From Bigelowiella natans CCMP2755 (lineage: Eukaryota > Protista > Cercozoa), in contig ADNK01002407.1 in assembly GCA_000320545.1 (NCBI GenBank), positions 1 to 64,000 on the forward strand: a stretch of 64,000 bases of DNA, given 5' to 3'. This document shows, piece by piece, positions 23,825-43,500 of this stretch. Every line of letters begins with the position of its first letter. Position 1 is the first letter of the stretch. A model generated the notes under the pieces. The model worked only from the letters and a program-made list of their open reading frames with translations. It was not told where the DNA came from and made no database searches. Made by a program: the position numbers and the translations under genes.

Positions 23825-25930
23825 AGGGTGTCAACGGCATTTACAAGGCCGTGGGGGTGCGAAATGGGGCGATTAAATTCAAGAAAAAAGAGCCGAGCAC
23901 GTATAAAATGACCTCCACGAAAAACCGAGAATACCACTAGTGTCAATCACAAACGAATTCAAAATGCAGTGCAAATGAAATATATGCTTGTACATAATAT
24001 GTACCGCGATTTCCCATGATCGCTCGCGCATATTGCATTCTTACTGCAGCACACATTTCACCAGAGTATACGAAATTTGCCTGGCCAAAGTGAAGAGAAC
24101 AGGTGCTGCTTCTTCTCCTTCCGATTTGTTCTATATGCAAGCTGAGCAAAACAACATGTAGCTCGGTGTGCTCCGGCTACAATACGCACTCCCACGTTAA
24201 AACAAACGATGCTGCTCAATCTGTGTGGCAATGTTCCCACGCAAATTAGAAAATACGTCGCTTTCATCCTCTTCGAGGACAGTACTAACTAGCTCCTACC
24301 ATATCAGGGGTGCGGAAGTGGTATATCAGCCGCACAGACAGAAATGAAGGCATCAACAAGGTAGTAGCGATAGCCATGCTAACTTGAGAAGGAAAGGAAA
24401 ACATCGTTTTTCGCGACCGAAATCCCAAATCATTGTAGTAGCGCCACTTGTGCTGACACGTACACACGCACGCAAGCGTCTCGATGACCCAAAAAAGAAA
24501 AAGAAGAAAAAAAAGAAAAAAAAAGAAAAAGACTAAACTTTAGGATCAAGATTACTACAACGTCGAGTTCCAAGCGTCTAGAGGGTTCCTGCCTCCTTCA
24601 GCAGGTGCGATGCCGATGAAGTAGCTTCGGACCTATTCACTTATTTCTCTGCCTCAAGGGCGCAGCTCCTCATGCCAACTCTTGAAATAGTTGCGGTGGG
24701 GAAGGAAAAGGGGGGGGCGGGGCGAGGATTAGTTAGTGCTCATTGTCAGCCGCGATTTGATAAAGAGCAAGCTCCTCAAGGGTTTGTTAGTAGACGTGCG
24801 GATTTATTTGAGTTGTGTTCTCTTTCTAAATCCGTTACCTACTAGACGTCGCTATTGTGTGTTTCTTTCTCGCATCTATTGCTGCGGCAGCGTCCGCGCG
24901 CACGCCGCAGATTGCTGCGTTCTTTCCAAGTGAAAGCGTTGGGCGCGTGCTAAACCACGCTCCGCTAACGCCGAGCAATTGTTCGTTTGCTCACTGCCAG
25001 GATGGAAGATGGTCCTAGGGGACAAGCCATTGCCTCGGGTCAATTGTGTACTGACGAAGCCAACGAAGGTTTTATTCGCCCCCCCCCCCCCGTTCTCCCC
25101 CCCCCTTCTCCAATTCCTCCTCTCCATGTTTTCTATCGGAAGTAGTTGATCGTATCATCGATCTTTGCCAAGGTATCTTGCCTTGAATCTTTCATACCCC
25201 CGTCTCTTCCCCCATCGTCGTTTTGTAAATCAGCTCCAAACGGTTTTATTTGCCAAGCATTTCGATGAGAAGTACATGATTGACATGTTTAAAAGACGCC
25301 CGGAGATTATGATCAACAGGTTATTGTCATTATCGTTTATGGACTTCTATATTGCGAAAAAGGGGGGTGGGGGAGGGCAGCGGTGAGGAAGACGGAGTTT
25401 AAAGCAGTGTTCATCGTATACATATATAGAGCGATAAAAATATCCATTTTAAAGAGCATTGAGAAGTAAATCACAAACGATGTCTTTACCATGTATTATA
25501 GATTTCCTGGCATGAAGGATTTCTGCACGAAGGTAGTAGTGAGCGTAGCAGTGTAGGGAGAGCATTTCGAACACGTTTAATCGGAAATGTATCCGAAGCC
25601 AGTGGCAAGAGGGGGGGGAGGGGCAGGAACGACACGCGTGTGTTTTTGCGTCATGGGGGGCATAGCTCTGACATCAGCACAAAGCTATTCGATGCGAAGA
25701 GAAAACGTCGAGCCTTTTTGATCCAAAGCTTGCCCGCGTTGCAAGACAGCATCAAGCCTCGACGATTACAATATCAGCTGATCTTAAGATTTCATGCTTT
25801 TGCCAAATTGGTTGTCGCACCCGAGTTGTTTTCATGAGGAGAGACTGAATGATGTCAGGCCAACCTCACAACTTGCATTGAGCACGTGCGGAAGAAGCAC
25901 CCAAAAGAGGTCTTGAAATGGAATATATAC

Positions 25931-25970
<40 letters not shown>

Positions 25971-26898
25971 CATGCATTATGTAGCATACATGTAAGAATC
26001 TTGAAAGCTGTGCTATGATGAACGCGAGATGTAGACTACATTCATTCCGTGGCGAGGACGTCTTGCACTCTAATCTACATACACTATGTTTACTCTATGT
26101 TTACTCTAAGGGCTAGCAGCTGCAGCAGTCTTTTGCGAGCTTCTGCTTTTGCCCTTCTTCTGCTTTTCTCTCATTTGAATGTTGTTGTGCATTCCCAAGG
26201 CCGTTTTTTATCCTCGCTCTTGGGTACTGGATAGCACCGAAAACATTGCGAAATTTCGAAGCGCATTTGACACGAAGAAGTGCTATATCCTAAAGCCTGA
26301 TGGCGGGTTGCAAGGTGTGTGTTTTGTTCATATCCTTTTCCCCTTCTCACCACTTATTGAGTAACATTCTGCCTTTGTCCTTCGCCCCCCCCCCCCCCCC
26401 TCTCCCCAATGGTACTTATTGGAAAGAACGAACTTGTTGTGTTTTAGCTTTTCTCTTTATTTTTTATTTTAAAAAAATGAATTAAGCTTTTTTTATCCTT
26501 TTTATTTTTTTGGGGAAATTGAAAACACAACGGTGAGGAGGCGATACGACGATAGTTATAAGGTTCTAGTACGCAGTGTTCAGAACGACTCCTCTTTATA
26601 ATCGCTATCTGCCTTAACCATCCATTCGTTTCTTGTGTTGTTTGGATGTCAGGCATAGGAATCTCCCTTTGCATGACGTGGAAACAGGTTTTGAAAGCGC
26701 TGCTTTGAGCATCTTCTTTGCCAGCTGTTTAACCATCAATCACATTAGGTCGAAGAGGCTCTCCAGCGCAATCGCGACTTGGAGGAGCAATGGGAGAGGG
26801 AAAGGAATGACCCCGATCTTGCTGAAAAAAGAGTGCAAAATGTTAGAATTGCACGGGAGAACAATGAGTTAGCCGAGAATAGTAGACATCTTGGTATG

Positions 26899-26937
<39 letters not shown>

Positions 26938-27239
26938 TATATGTATGAATGGGTACCAGTGGAAATTTTCCTGCTTTTCGCGCCTTCCGAAGACGTTGCT
27001 GCGCGTTTTGCTATTTCATGGATTGGGAGAAGTTCATCAAACATGACACGATATAGAAAGAGGCCGTCCTTTTCTCTTTTTATTTTTCGGAGAGCTGAAA
27101 GCTGGTTTGTGCTGCTGTCTTGCCAGGACATCTAATAGCCCAGGAGTATATTAGCAAACCTGCTTTGATCGATTCCACCAAGTTTGATATGCGGATATAT
27201 GTGATGGTCAAGTCTCTGAAACCGCTCAAGGTCTCTCTA

Positions 27240-27273
<34 letters not shown>

Positions 27274-27351
27274 CCTCTCTCTCTTTCTTTCTCTCTCACT
27301 CTCTTACACACGCACACACACACACACACACAGACAGACACACACAGAGAG

Positions 27352-27401
<50 letters not shown>

Positions 27402-27424
27402 TTCAACAATGTGTATGTTTACTG

Positions 27425-27463
<39 letters not shown>

Positions 27464-28313
27464 CTGACTTTCGTACGTATTTGTGTTGCTTTCATCTAGG
27501 CCGTTGTGATGAAAGAAGGGCTAGCTCGGTTCTGCACTACACCCTATCAGCCGCCAACATCGGTAAGCTATAGTTTCCTCTCTAGAGGACGCGACAGAAC
27601 ATAGCGAAATTCTCATGAAATCTCTGGATTTAATTCGGTCATATACCCATCAAACGTCCAACGGCCGTTAGAAGTTGACATCAATGTTTGAGATGCTTAA
27701 GTTTATTTTGTATCACTTATATTGCATGCGTGACCTGTAGCCCGGTGCAGAAGCAATGCTATCGGTGCATACGCCTAACATACAATGATAAATGCATTAA
27801 ATGTTTGTACATCGGCATTATTCCTACTACAGGACAACATCACCAACGCGTACATGCATTTGACCAACTACCACCTGAACGTCACAAACGAGCACTTTCA
27901 AAACCCGGATTCAAAGGATGGAAAGGTACAGTAGACAGGCTATGGCAGCATAAAATAGCTCGTAGAGCGTTAATTCAATGATAGTTATATCGTCGGGGGG
28001 GGGGGAATCCCCGGTTTTGGTTTTGCGGATTGTCAATATTTCGCCATTGAAAAAGAGACCATATCTCCAAGCGTCCTCCTTTCTTGCAACCTGCCTTAGA
28101 TTGTAACACTCCGGATTATGCTTACATCTTCCATCTCCTCTAATTACATGTCGCAGGCAGTGTTAGACAGCGGCAAATCAACAGCCTCGAAGCGAAGCCT
28201 TCAGGTTTGACGCCCACGGCATTCACGCGCACCATCGTCATTGCTGCCACGCTCAATAGCCATCGTCTGCATAGCTAAAACAATTATATATGAATATGTC
28301 CAACTTAAACATG

Positions 28314-28387
<74 letters not shown>

Positions 28388-28417
28388 ACACATATTTTAC
28401 ATCCTGTATGTACTCGC

Positions 28418-28457
<40 letters not shown>

Positions 28458-28471
28458 ACACACACACACAC

Positions 28472-28509
<38 letters not shown>

Positions 28510-29179
28510 TGTGTTTGCACACGCAAGATGGCGTTGTCGCAGCTCAATGTAGATCGAGACCGGTTTTGGCGTCAAATCCAACGTACGTTAAATTAAACGT
28601 ACGCTGATAAAGGCTGAGAGCAAGTTGATGATGACTCCTCTGACCGCTTCATAGAGACCTGATTTGAGCACATCTCCCGCATACGACGCCATCATTAGCT
28701 GATTGCACGCAAAGCTCATTGTACACTAATCGCGGACTGTAAATCGCTTCAGGTATGGTATCCATCTCGCTGATAGCAATGCTCCCACAGCTCAGAGCCA
28801 AATTTCGAAAATCGTTTCCTGACGGGGAAGGGGCGCAAAGTGACCCTAAAGCCTCTGCCACTACCAGCCCAACCAATGGAGATGCTGGCGCGAGGAAATC
28901 AAGCGAGAACGCTAATGCAAGGGCAAGTAACGGCGGCGGTGACGAGAAATCGAGAGGCAGCTCTATGCAGATCGATGGAAAAGGCGATGAAGATGCCGTG
29001 TACGTACATGACAAGTGGCAAAGATGCTTCCAGGTGTAGTGGTGGTGGCGGTGGTGAGGTGTGGTGACGGGGCGAGGGTTTGCACGTCTTTGAAGCAACG
29101 ACGTGTAGCGCGTGCAGTTCTTTCTCGCAGTATTCTTCTTCTTCGTAGCCTTCGCCAGCGAGAAATTACAGAATAGTTT

Positions 29180-29240
<61 letters not shown>

Positions 29241-29870
29241 TATACAAAGTGAATGGATACATGTATTTGATGTTCTTTTGTGCTCAGATAATGGGGTTTG
29301 ATGTGATGTTGGACGCCGATCGGAACGCTTATCTTCTCGAGATCAATGACCACCCAAGTCTCAAGGCCCCGTCGCCTTTGGATAAGGTAGTTTCGCGGAG
29401 GGGAAGGGGGGGGGGGGGGGGGGGTAAGGGTTGGATTGCAGTCTTGCCGAAAATCAGCATCGTTTCAGATGTCCTCAGGGGTCTTACGAAGTGTTATTTT
29501 TCACAACTTTTTTCTTTCTTCCTCCGTTGGAACAGCCTATAATCCCAACCATGGCCAAATTTACCAGCGCCATATCTTAACGCACGTTGTTCGAATGCGG
29601 TAGGTAATCAAAGCAGCTGTTTTGCGCACAACACTAGCTCTCGTAGACCCCGACTGCACGCCAATAAAGTCACGGAAAAATCTCGATTTCCCGGGGCCCC
29701 CGGCAAGGAATAGCAAGGTGGGTTCAGCTGCCGCGGATGATCAAAAGCAGGAGGATGGAGGCACGGCAATGGCGACGCAAACGAAGCTTGGGCGCCTCGA
29801 AATGGAGTTTCTTGAAGTTGATGCAGAAGCCGAGTATAAGAGTCAAATGCCAGAGATGTTTGATTGCTAG
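23825..29870 (+). CDS. Tubulin-tyrosine-ligase-like tubulin polyglutamylase (TTLL6/11/13 type); 5' end uncertain, may begin near 22500
   Basis: Spliced motifs INR|FPGM, FYPRSWVL, YILKPDGGLQG, AQEYISKPALIDSTKFDMRIYV, EGLARFCTTPY, YMHLTNYHLN, CFQ|IMGFDVMLD...LLEINDHPSL. Confidence 0.9.
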
Positions 29871-30852
29871 TACGCGCATATACAGGCCTCAATTTGCTGA
29901 TGAAAATGCGTCATTCGATCATTGCTAATTGCCACGCAGCCGAGATGTGTGCGTCAGGGGGCCATGCAGCAGTTGCCATGCGAACGTGTTATGAGCGTGC
30001 GACAATACATATCATATATACTGTGTCTATAGTTGCGTGTGCAGTATAGAGCAGAAGACAAGGACTGATACAAAGAAAATGAAAGTAACTTTCCGTGTGT
30101 TTGCTAGCTCACATGCATGCAGCTAAACATGTGGCATATGTGAGCATGCATATGTGCTGCCATCTTGCTTGCTGAGGCCGCAAAATGACGTAGCAATGTG
30201 AAGTAAAGAAGGCGCTGTCAATAACTGCTGTAGATCGGCCAGAAGCAAATTAATGCGTGTTTAACTCACATTGAGCCCTTCATCTTTGCAGTTCTACTTT
30301 TTTTTTTTCACGTTTGTCAGTCTGATCATTTGTCATTTACACATACGCGCTGCTAGCGCGGCTACATGCTAGCATGTGGCATTGCGCAACATTGCACATG
30401 ACATCATGCTAGCATGTCTCCCAATGCAATGCGACGTCGCTGTTTCAGCGCGCATTCCTTTTTGATGAGCCCATGATCTTCCAACATATGCAGCTGCATC
30501 GCACGTAGCTTCTGCGAAAGCAGGGAACCTTTATACGTGCGATGCACAGCGCTCTCATCGCTTCAGCATTGTCCATGCATGCATGCGCATACGATCGAAT
30601 CATGCAAAGCTGACACGCTCATTGAGTTCATTGCGAGAAACAACAGCAAACACTTTGCATTGCCAGATCGATAAAGTACCAAAATCTAACACCTACATAG
30701 ACGTGTATACCCGGCTTAAATCCTTCAATTCTTAAGCGCCCATAATGACATGACAGACTTGCTGTTATATCTGCGGATCTTACGCTTGCAATTGGCTGCA
30801 GCCTCCCTCGCCAAATGCGCAGAGTCGGCGCTGCTGCAAGTAAACCAGCGCG

Positions 30853-36931
<6,079 letters not shown>

Positions 36932-37269
36932 CTGCACACTCGAAGGGTAAGGGAAGGGCAATTGTTTCAGGCGTTACGAGCTTGTCTCGGGCAATAATTA
37001 AGACACATCTTCACAAACGACGCATAATTCTATTTTCTATGAAAACCGCATTCTATTTATACTAAAATGGAAGGAATCATGCACTCTCGTACTCGTAACG
37101 TCGAAAGCTTTTAATATTGTCTCTGCGACATGGAAGTGTATGTGTCGTTGTTGGTGGACGGGCGTTGAGAGCTGACGAATCGAGCGAGTCGGAAAGCCAT
37201 TTGTGTCTCATCTTCGGTGGAAAGCAGCCTTCAGATTGCAGCATTCCGAAGGTTTCGACCCTTCACACA

Positions 37270-38300
37270 CGCAAATCTTTGTGTCATTGAAGACTCTAGC
37301 TGGTGAGATGATTGCTTTGGACGTCGATTCTGCGTACACCACAAATGCTGTGTGTGTGAAGCAGAAATGGAGGACAAGGAAAGCCCACTGCAGACGCGCG
37401 GGAGAAGCACAGCCGCGAGTGAACACGTTGTGCACGACTCAATGAATTCAATGCATTTGACAAACACAATTCAACTGTCCAAAAGGAAGCAAACGTGTCC
37501 CCCCCGCTTTGGGCACTTGGCGGACCCCACGCGCAACAAGCAGAGCGCATCGCCAAATCGTGCCAGCACAGCGTCCTTGCCGACAGCCACATCCGGAGCA
37601 CTTGGAACCCATCAAGATCTAGAGAAGCCGTGGTGCACTTCGGAGAGGACACATGAAAATCCTTGTGAAGACTCTGACTGTCAAGATCTGGAGGTGTCAC
37701 GTTGGACGTCGATTCCTGAACTCGGCTTCCAATTAAGATTGTTTTCACAAAACACACGGGATGTGCCTGTGATTTTCATCGTGCCATTTCAGCAATTCAG
37801 TTCAGCAGCGTGTGTGCAATGTGAAAATAATTGCATCACGAAAACATTCCCATGAAGGTGCAATCACTTGCAGAGATGACAGCGTGACACGATCAGCACG
37901 GGCGCACGGCACGCAGCGTTTTGCTCGCTCTTTGCACTGCTTTGTGGCGTTTGGACACGATCATCGGTGCACGTGTTGTAGTTGTCGCAGTCAACGTGCA
38001 AGAACGCGCACGTTGCAGTTTCCTGTGTGTCCAACAGGGTTCGAAGTGATGTGGTTTTGACGTGTGACAAAGTGCACACACGTTTGTTCGTTCAAACGCT
38101 CTTGCATTGCAACGACTCGCTGTTGGACTCAGTTCCAATGCCCACCCCCACAAAAGAAACCGAGAAAAAAAGTTTGTGCAGATGACACTTGCTACCATGT
38201 GGGCACGGAGACAGTGTGCAAGAAACACGACAGAAAACCAAAACCATGTGTGCAAATTGTGCTTGCGAAATCATTAATCAAAGCAAGCTAGTAAGCAAAA
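37270..38300 (+). pseudogene. Decayed ubiquitin-like + C-terminal RING-finger gene, TpA-erased
   Basis: QIFVSLKTLAGEMIALDVDSAYTT..VKQK/MEDKE resembles the ubiquitin N-terminus. LLPCGH...CANC resembles a RING finger. Frameshifts and stops present. Confidence 0.6.
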
Positions 38301-38763
38301 AAGAATTCAGTGTTGTTGATGTGTGCGACATGGATGAAACAAGAAATCCTGCAGAACACCTCTTGCAATGTCCTTTAGTTCTCGCTAGCTTGCACCAGTA
38401 CACGACATTTTCTCAACTTGGTGACATTGATGATGCTCGCCGCGCGGTGCGCCATGCGCCCAGCAACACTACTAGTCAACACACTGCTGCATCGGATGCC
38501 ACCCATGCACACACAAGAACCACAGGCTGGTCGTCGATAGGCCAGCATAGTGGCATGGAAGACAATAAACACAACATACATTATTAGGATAGGCACACAT
38601 TCATCGCCTCTACGATAACCATGGATTGAAGCCTGTACGTTTTATTTGTCTATCGTGTAGCGATTGAAGGCTTCATACACTAGCGTGCTTATGAGTGTAA
38701 TAGTTATATAGCTATCGTCTACGTGAAATGCACATCTTTCTCCTTTTTGTGCAAACTGTTGCT

Positions 38764-39853
38764 TCAGTTATTTTTCTCTTCCTCAACCTGCCTCTTCAGG
38801 TGACGGAAAATATTCGTCTTTATCCATTTCTTGTCCCTTGGAATGTACGTGTGTGTCTCGTTGTCCAGAACCATACAAACGATATCTGGGCAATCGTCTA
38901 TGAAGTTGAAGAGATCGCTAATGTCGTAGCTGAAAAATGTAATGGAGTGAGGAAGAAGCAGAAGAGGAAAGTGGTTCTTATACTAAATTACTGCTCAATT
39001 TCATACGATTTAAGAGAATGAAAGGAAATATGCAGCAAAAGGATCGTTCGGAATTCAACATTTTCCATAATTGATGCGGTAAAGACGTATGCGTCTTGGG
39101 GAAAGAGTCCATTAGTGTACAAAATTCTCAAGCCTCGTGCACACACGCACCAATTCGCATTAAACGAAAAGAGAAATTGCGAAAAGTCAGGATATATCAA
39201 CGCTCGTCTTTTCCCACTTAAGTGTAGACTATCTAGACTGCAGACACACTGGCAAATAGTAAATGATAGCGCTTGCTTACGTGAGGTTTTTCACGCCAGG
39301 ATGATCGGCCTTCAGCTTCTCTTCGAAGTTGTGGCAAATGCCTGGAAAAATGTATGGATAAGAGATTTTTATTACATATATATAGGCGAGTTTATGCCAC
39401 GTTTAAATGCAAAGTAACCGAATTTTTTACATAAAGCACAAATCATGAGATGATCGCACGGCAAGCGCAGCAACAAATAGGGATAGAGGCAAATCTAACA
39501 TTTGGTTATTATAAACACAATCCCTAATCTGTCATTAGAAGGTCGAGTTCCTACCGTCAAAAGCTTCCTTGGTATTTGCATATTGTTTCCAAGAATTCAC
39601 CATCTGCTTCCCCTTTCGGTTGGTCATCAAAACGCTGCAAGATAGTTAAAAGTGAGTAAATGTTACAGGAGAAGGTGCGATTTGCTTGTTGAGTTCCCCA
39701 ACGATATTTTCGGATGAAAAAGGGAAAGCTAGCAAAAAAAGGCGGGGGGAACAGTAGAGCGGTAACAAGAACAGAATGGATATCTCTTGCTAGCCTTCTT
39801 CCCCGCGCTCTACGTCCTTGCTATGGTGAGGAGGAATACATCGTGTGCGCCAT
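38764..39853 (-). CDS. ERH: Enhancer of rudimentary homolog
   Basis: Small exons not in the ORF track: MAHTI..., GICHNFEEKLKADHPGVKNLT, YDISDLFNFIDDCPDIVCMVLDNETHTYIPRDKKWIKTNIFRHLKRQVEEEKNN*. These match the ERH consensus (GVCKMYEEHLK...ITYDISQLFDFID...YQPYNKDWIKEKI). Confidence 0.85.
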
Positions 39854-40186
39854 CTTTCTTGGAATTTTAAGGTGGGAATATCCGTCAAATTCCAATTTTT
39901 ATATTAATCACCTATGTTTCATAGATGCGACATGATTTCTTTCGCCCTCTCATCTTCCAACAAGCTAGACCAAACTTTTTATTATCCGAGAGATATCCTG
40001 CGAATGGATAAATCGAAGGAAAGTATCACGCAAAAGAAGTAGAAATATTTCTTCATTAGATGTAAAACGTTAACTTTATTTTATTGTATAAACTACTGAT
40101 TAAATAAATTATATTCAAATGATATAACGGCAACAGCTTCTACAACACTTCACAAAATCTATGTCACGTCGTCAGCCACCGAGAGG

Positions 40187-41313
40187 ATGAAGCTTGCGCT
40201 GCTTGTGGTGTTGTTCCTCTCCCATCTTAGCTCCGCGAGGAACGACAGACAGCATTTTCAGAAGGTGCTTTTGCGCCTAATAGAAGTTTTTTTTTAAATG
40301 CGAAGAATAGAAGATAAAAGGTTCAAATTCTACGACATAATTGCTCAGAATCCCCCTTGCAACGGGCGCTTTCGATGCTCTGCAAGGCAAGGCTCGGTCC
40401 ACCGATCGAACCTACACCATTTTAGCTCGATACCGAAGCGGAGAAAACGTAGAGATGTTGGAGTAATGGCTGGCGGCCCTCCTCCTCCTGACCCAAGTGA
40501 GAAACAAAAGAACGAAGGTGACCGCCGGGTGGCGATCATTTTAAGGGGAAAGAAGGTAATTAACCCCCCCCTTCCCCGCATGAATGAAAACAATACGGCA
40601 TTCGACGGTGTCAACAACGCGATTTGGAAAGAGGGCAGAGAACGAGTGTAACTGTGGATTGCGACCACGCGGTATTCGCAGCTTTGCGTTAATCTTACCG
40701 CACGTGGGTGGGTCGTAGGTGCTTGAATACTCAATCCCCGGGTTCATACCAGAATGGATGTTACCGGTATTGTTTACTAGGTTAGCAACACATCGCTGGT
40801 TCGGAATGTGATCAATATATATATATATATCAATGAATATATCCGAAAATAAGCCACAACGTGAGAAATGAACCATAACTCCTGAAACTACACACACGGC
40901 TGAACATCTACTCGACCGAAACTTTTCTTCTACGCACGCATGCAATCTATGGTTGACAATATATATAATACTAAACCTGCGCTCTCCGAGCACAATTTCA
41001 TCGGACCTTACCGCCATTGCCTATTCTTTGCAATATTAAGGAAATAACGCCTCCCAGCGTCTTCGATGATCCCATGGGAACTTTCGAGCCGACCTTTGGA
41101 AGCGTTCAGAGACCCCGTACCTTGGGTAAAAAGAGAACGGAGGAGACGAGGGGGGGGGCAGCTCAACAAGAACACGCTTCTGCTGTACGACAAAATGATA
41201 CGGATGGGGAACGGGGCAGGCGTGTTTATGATTGGTCTTCGGGGAAAGGTTTGTCTTGCAACTGTGAGCGCGAGGGAAAGTAGTACATATGGCGTATAAT
41301 ATATGTAAATATA

Positions 41314-41363
<50 letters not shown>

Positions 41364-41520
41364 TGCGAGCAACATGCGCGTGCACGGTCGTATCACCCTT
41401 CAAATTGGTTTTCTCCTTCAGACCGACGAATCTCTCGTTCCGCGCCTTCTTCGACTCCTCCAGGTTCTTCCAGTGGCGAGCATTCGAAGAGAACATATGG
41501 CGGAGTAGATTATAGCAATA
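40187..41520 (+). CDS. Hypothetical protein with N-terminal signal peptide, multi-exon, 3' end uncertain
   Basis: MKLALLVVLFLSHLSSAR followed by a GT donor and further open exons (40349-40647, ~40719-40779, ~41041-41124). Confidence 0.45.
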
Positions 41521-41614
41521 ACGACTTAACAAGACAGCGAAGCGAAGGTTCGTGGTGGCTCAGACGGGCATTATGGTTAATAGGGTATGGAAAAGGGTCA
41601 AATGCGGCAGAAGG

Positions 41615-41654
<40 letters not shown>

Positions 41655-42796
41655 TACATCTAAACTTTCAAAGTTTACAATTTTCTCCTTTGCAGGAAGC
41701 GAAACTAGCCAAAGGGGTGGGGGTCTCGGCATCGGAGGCACGACTGTCCTCATTCTGTACGTCATGCAATGGCAGCTACGCAGTGTAGATATGATAATTG
41801 AGCTGCACGGTGTTGGGTCTATAAAGCTAAGGCTCGTCATCAATAATCAGGTACATCATTGCGTTCTTTGCAATAGGACTGCTCGGGCTACTGGAAGATC
41901 TGGGGAAATTGGAATATTTCGATGGGGACACCGCTACCACGTTTGCGAAGGACAACCTGTTAAGAAAGGATTGGTAATGTTATGTGCGAAGCGCGATCTT
42001 TGTAGCGCCCCGGATGGATTATTAGCTTTCGCCGCACGAGGGCCCCTAGCCCGTGTAGAGAAGTACTATTTTGTTGGCATGTGTACCATGTACATATAGA
42101 GGCAAGCACAAACATGGCTAGATGTAGGCGTTAACCCATCAGCCATAACCACATACCATACGATGTGCTAAAATCGGATTGGCTAATTCTAGTCATTCGT
42201 TTTTGTTTGTCGCGCTATAGCTCCTATAGCTAGCTATAGCTAGATTTATTTAGAAAAAAGGATATGTGCGCGTGTAATATCACCAAAAATTGACTTAGGA
42301 ATGCGCTCATTTTGCACAACACGTAGTGTATTGCCGTGATATACTACTTGTGCTATAGTGCAGAACTTGCTTCACTCGGGAAGCGCACGATCATGAATTC
42401 GTTGCATGCGCCCACCGCGCGATGCGGCCGATTGCATGGCGAAAGCCCATGCGCGTTATGGATGATGTGCATTTACATGCAAATTTACAAATTTATATAG
42501 TTGTTATAACGTGTGCAAGTGCTTATTGAAATATTAATAATCGTGTGTACATCGTCAGTGAATGCAATTCCACGGTGCCTCCAAGCGATCTAGAACCAGC
42601 AGTCGGCCGAGACTTTTGACTTGATTCGTATATTTTTAAATATTAATCCCTGGGCGTGCGCACATATCTTGGTACCGAGTGTAATGCAGTACGCGTGAAA
42701 CGTGCAAGGAATTAGAGGAGAGGAAATGGCAGATTTGTGATGAATCCATTGAATATGACCCAGCAAAGACATCTGGCATCCATACACCGCGTCCAA

Positions 42797-43249
42797 TTAG
42801 AAACAAATGCTTGCAATCTTCCCCGTGCACCCAACGGACAAAATCGAGTTGTGGCTAAATAACGACATGATCGAGTTAGTAGAGAACGCACTCCACATGC
42901 AGTTCACTGTCCCCAGGCTGAAGAAGGAATTGACGCTCAGTATACTGAAGCCGCTGTTAATAGCGAGCACGGCAAATGCAGATAAGATGGCCAACGCACT
43001 AAATGCTGAGCTTCTCGAACGGATGGATTTATAATTTTTGAATCCGCGATGGTGGCAGCCATTTCTTTCGAATTTACGCTCAAGCACGCAGCAGCGTTCC
43101 TCCTCGCTTACGCTCTGCTCCACATCGGGATCTGACAGCGAAGTATGGGGGGGGGGAGGGGAATGGAAGCCGCTCACATTTAGCAGACTGCGCATCATTA
43201 AATAATACAAATCGTACTGACCATTGAGAGACTGCATCTCCGTGGGCAT
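42797..43249 (-). CDS. Small hydrophobic Ser-periodic repeat protein
   Basis: C-terminal SxxSxxSxLS periodicity (SAFSALAILSAFAVLAINSGFSILSVNSFFSLG...SIMSLFSHNSILSVGC). Confidence 0.45.
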   Translation of the reverse strand: MPTEMQSLNGQYDLYYLMMRSLLNVSGFHSPPPPHTSLSDPDVEQSVSEEERCCVLERKFERNGCHHRGFKNYKSIRSRSSAFSALAILSAFAVLAINSGFSILSVNSFFSLGTVNCMWSAFSTNSIMSLFSHNSILSVGCTGKIASICF

Positions 43250-43500
43250 GGGCAGCGGGATTGCTTCGTCGGACGCGCGCGGGAGCCACCACCATCAGCA
43301 CCTTCGTTGCTTCGCGACAACTCTCACCTTGTCGCAGATGAATTTTCCCCATGACTTTTGCCTACGGAACCTTACGTGCCATGTAGATCTAAAATGCTTT
43401 GGAAAGTAGGCGATAAACAAAGTGCGACAATGACGCGTTTTGTAACCGCATCGCAGACCATCAGTTGCCAGATTTCGCAGAAACCATCTGTGGGGCAATC

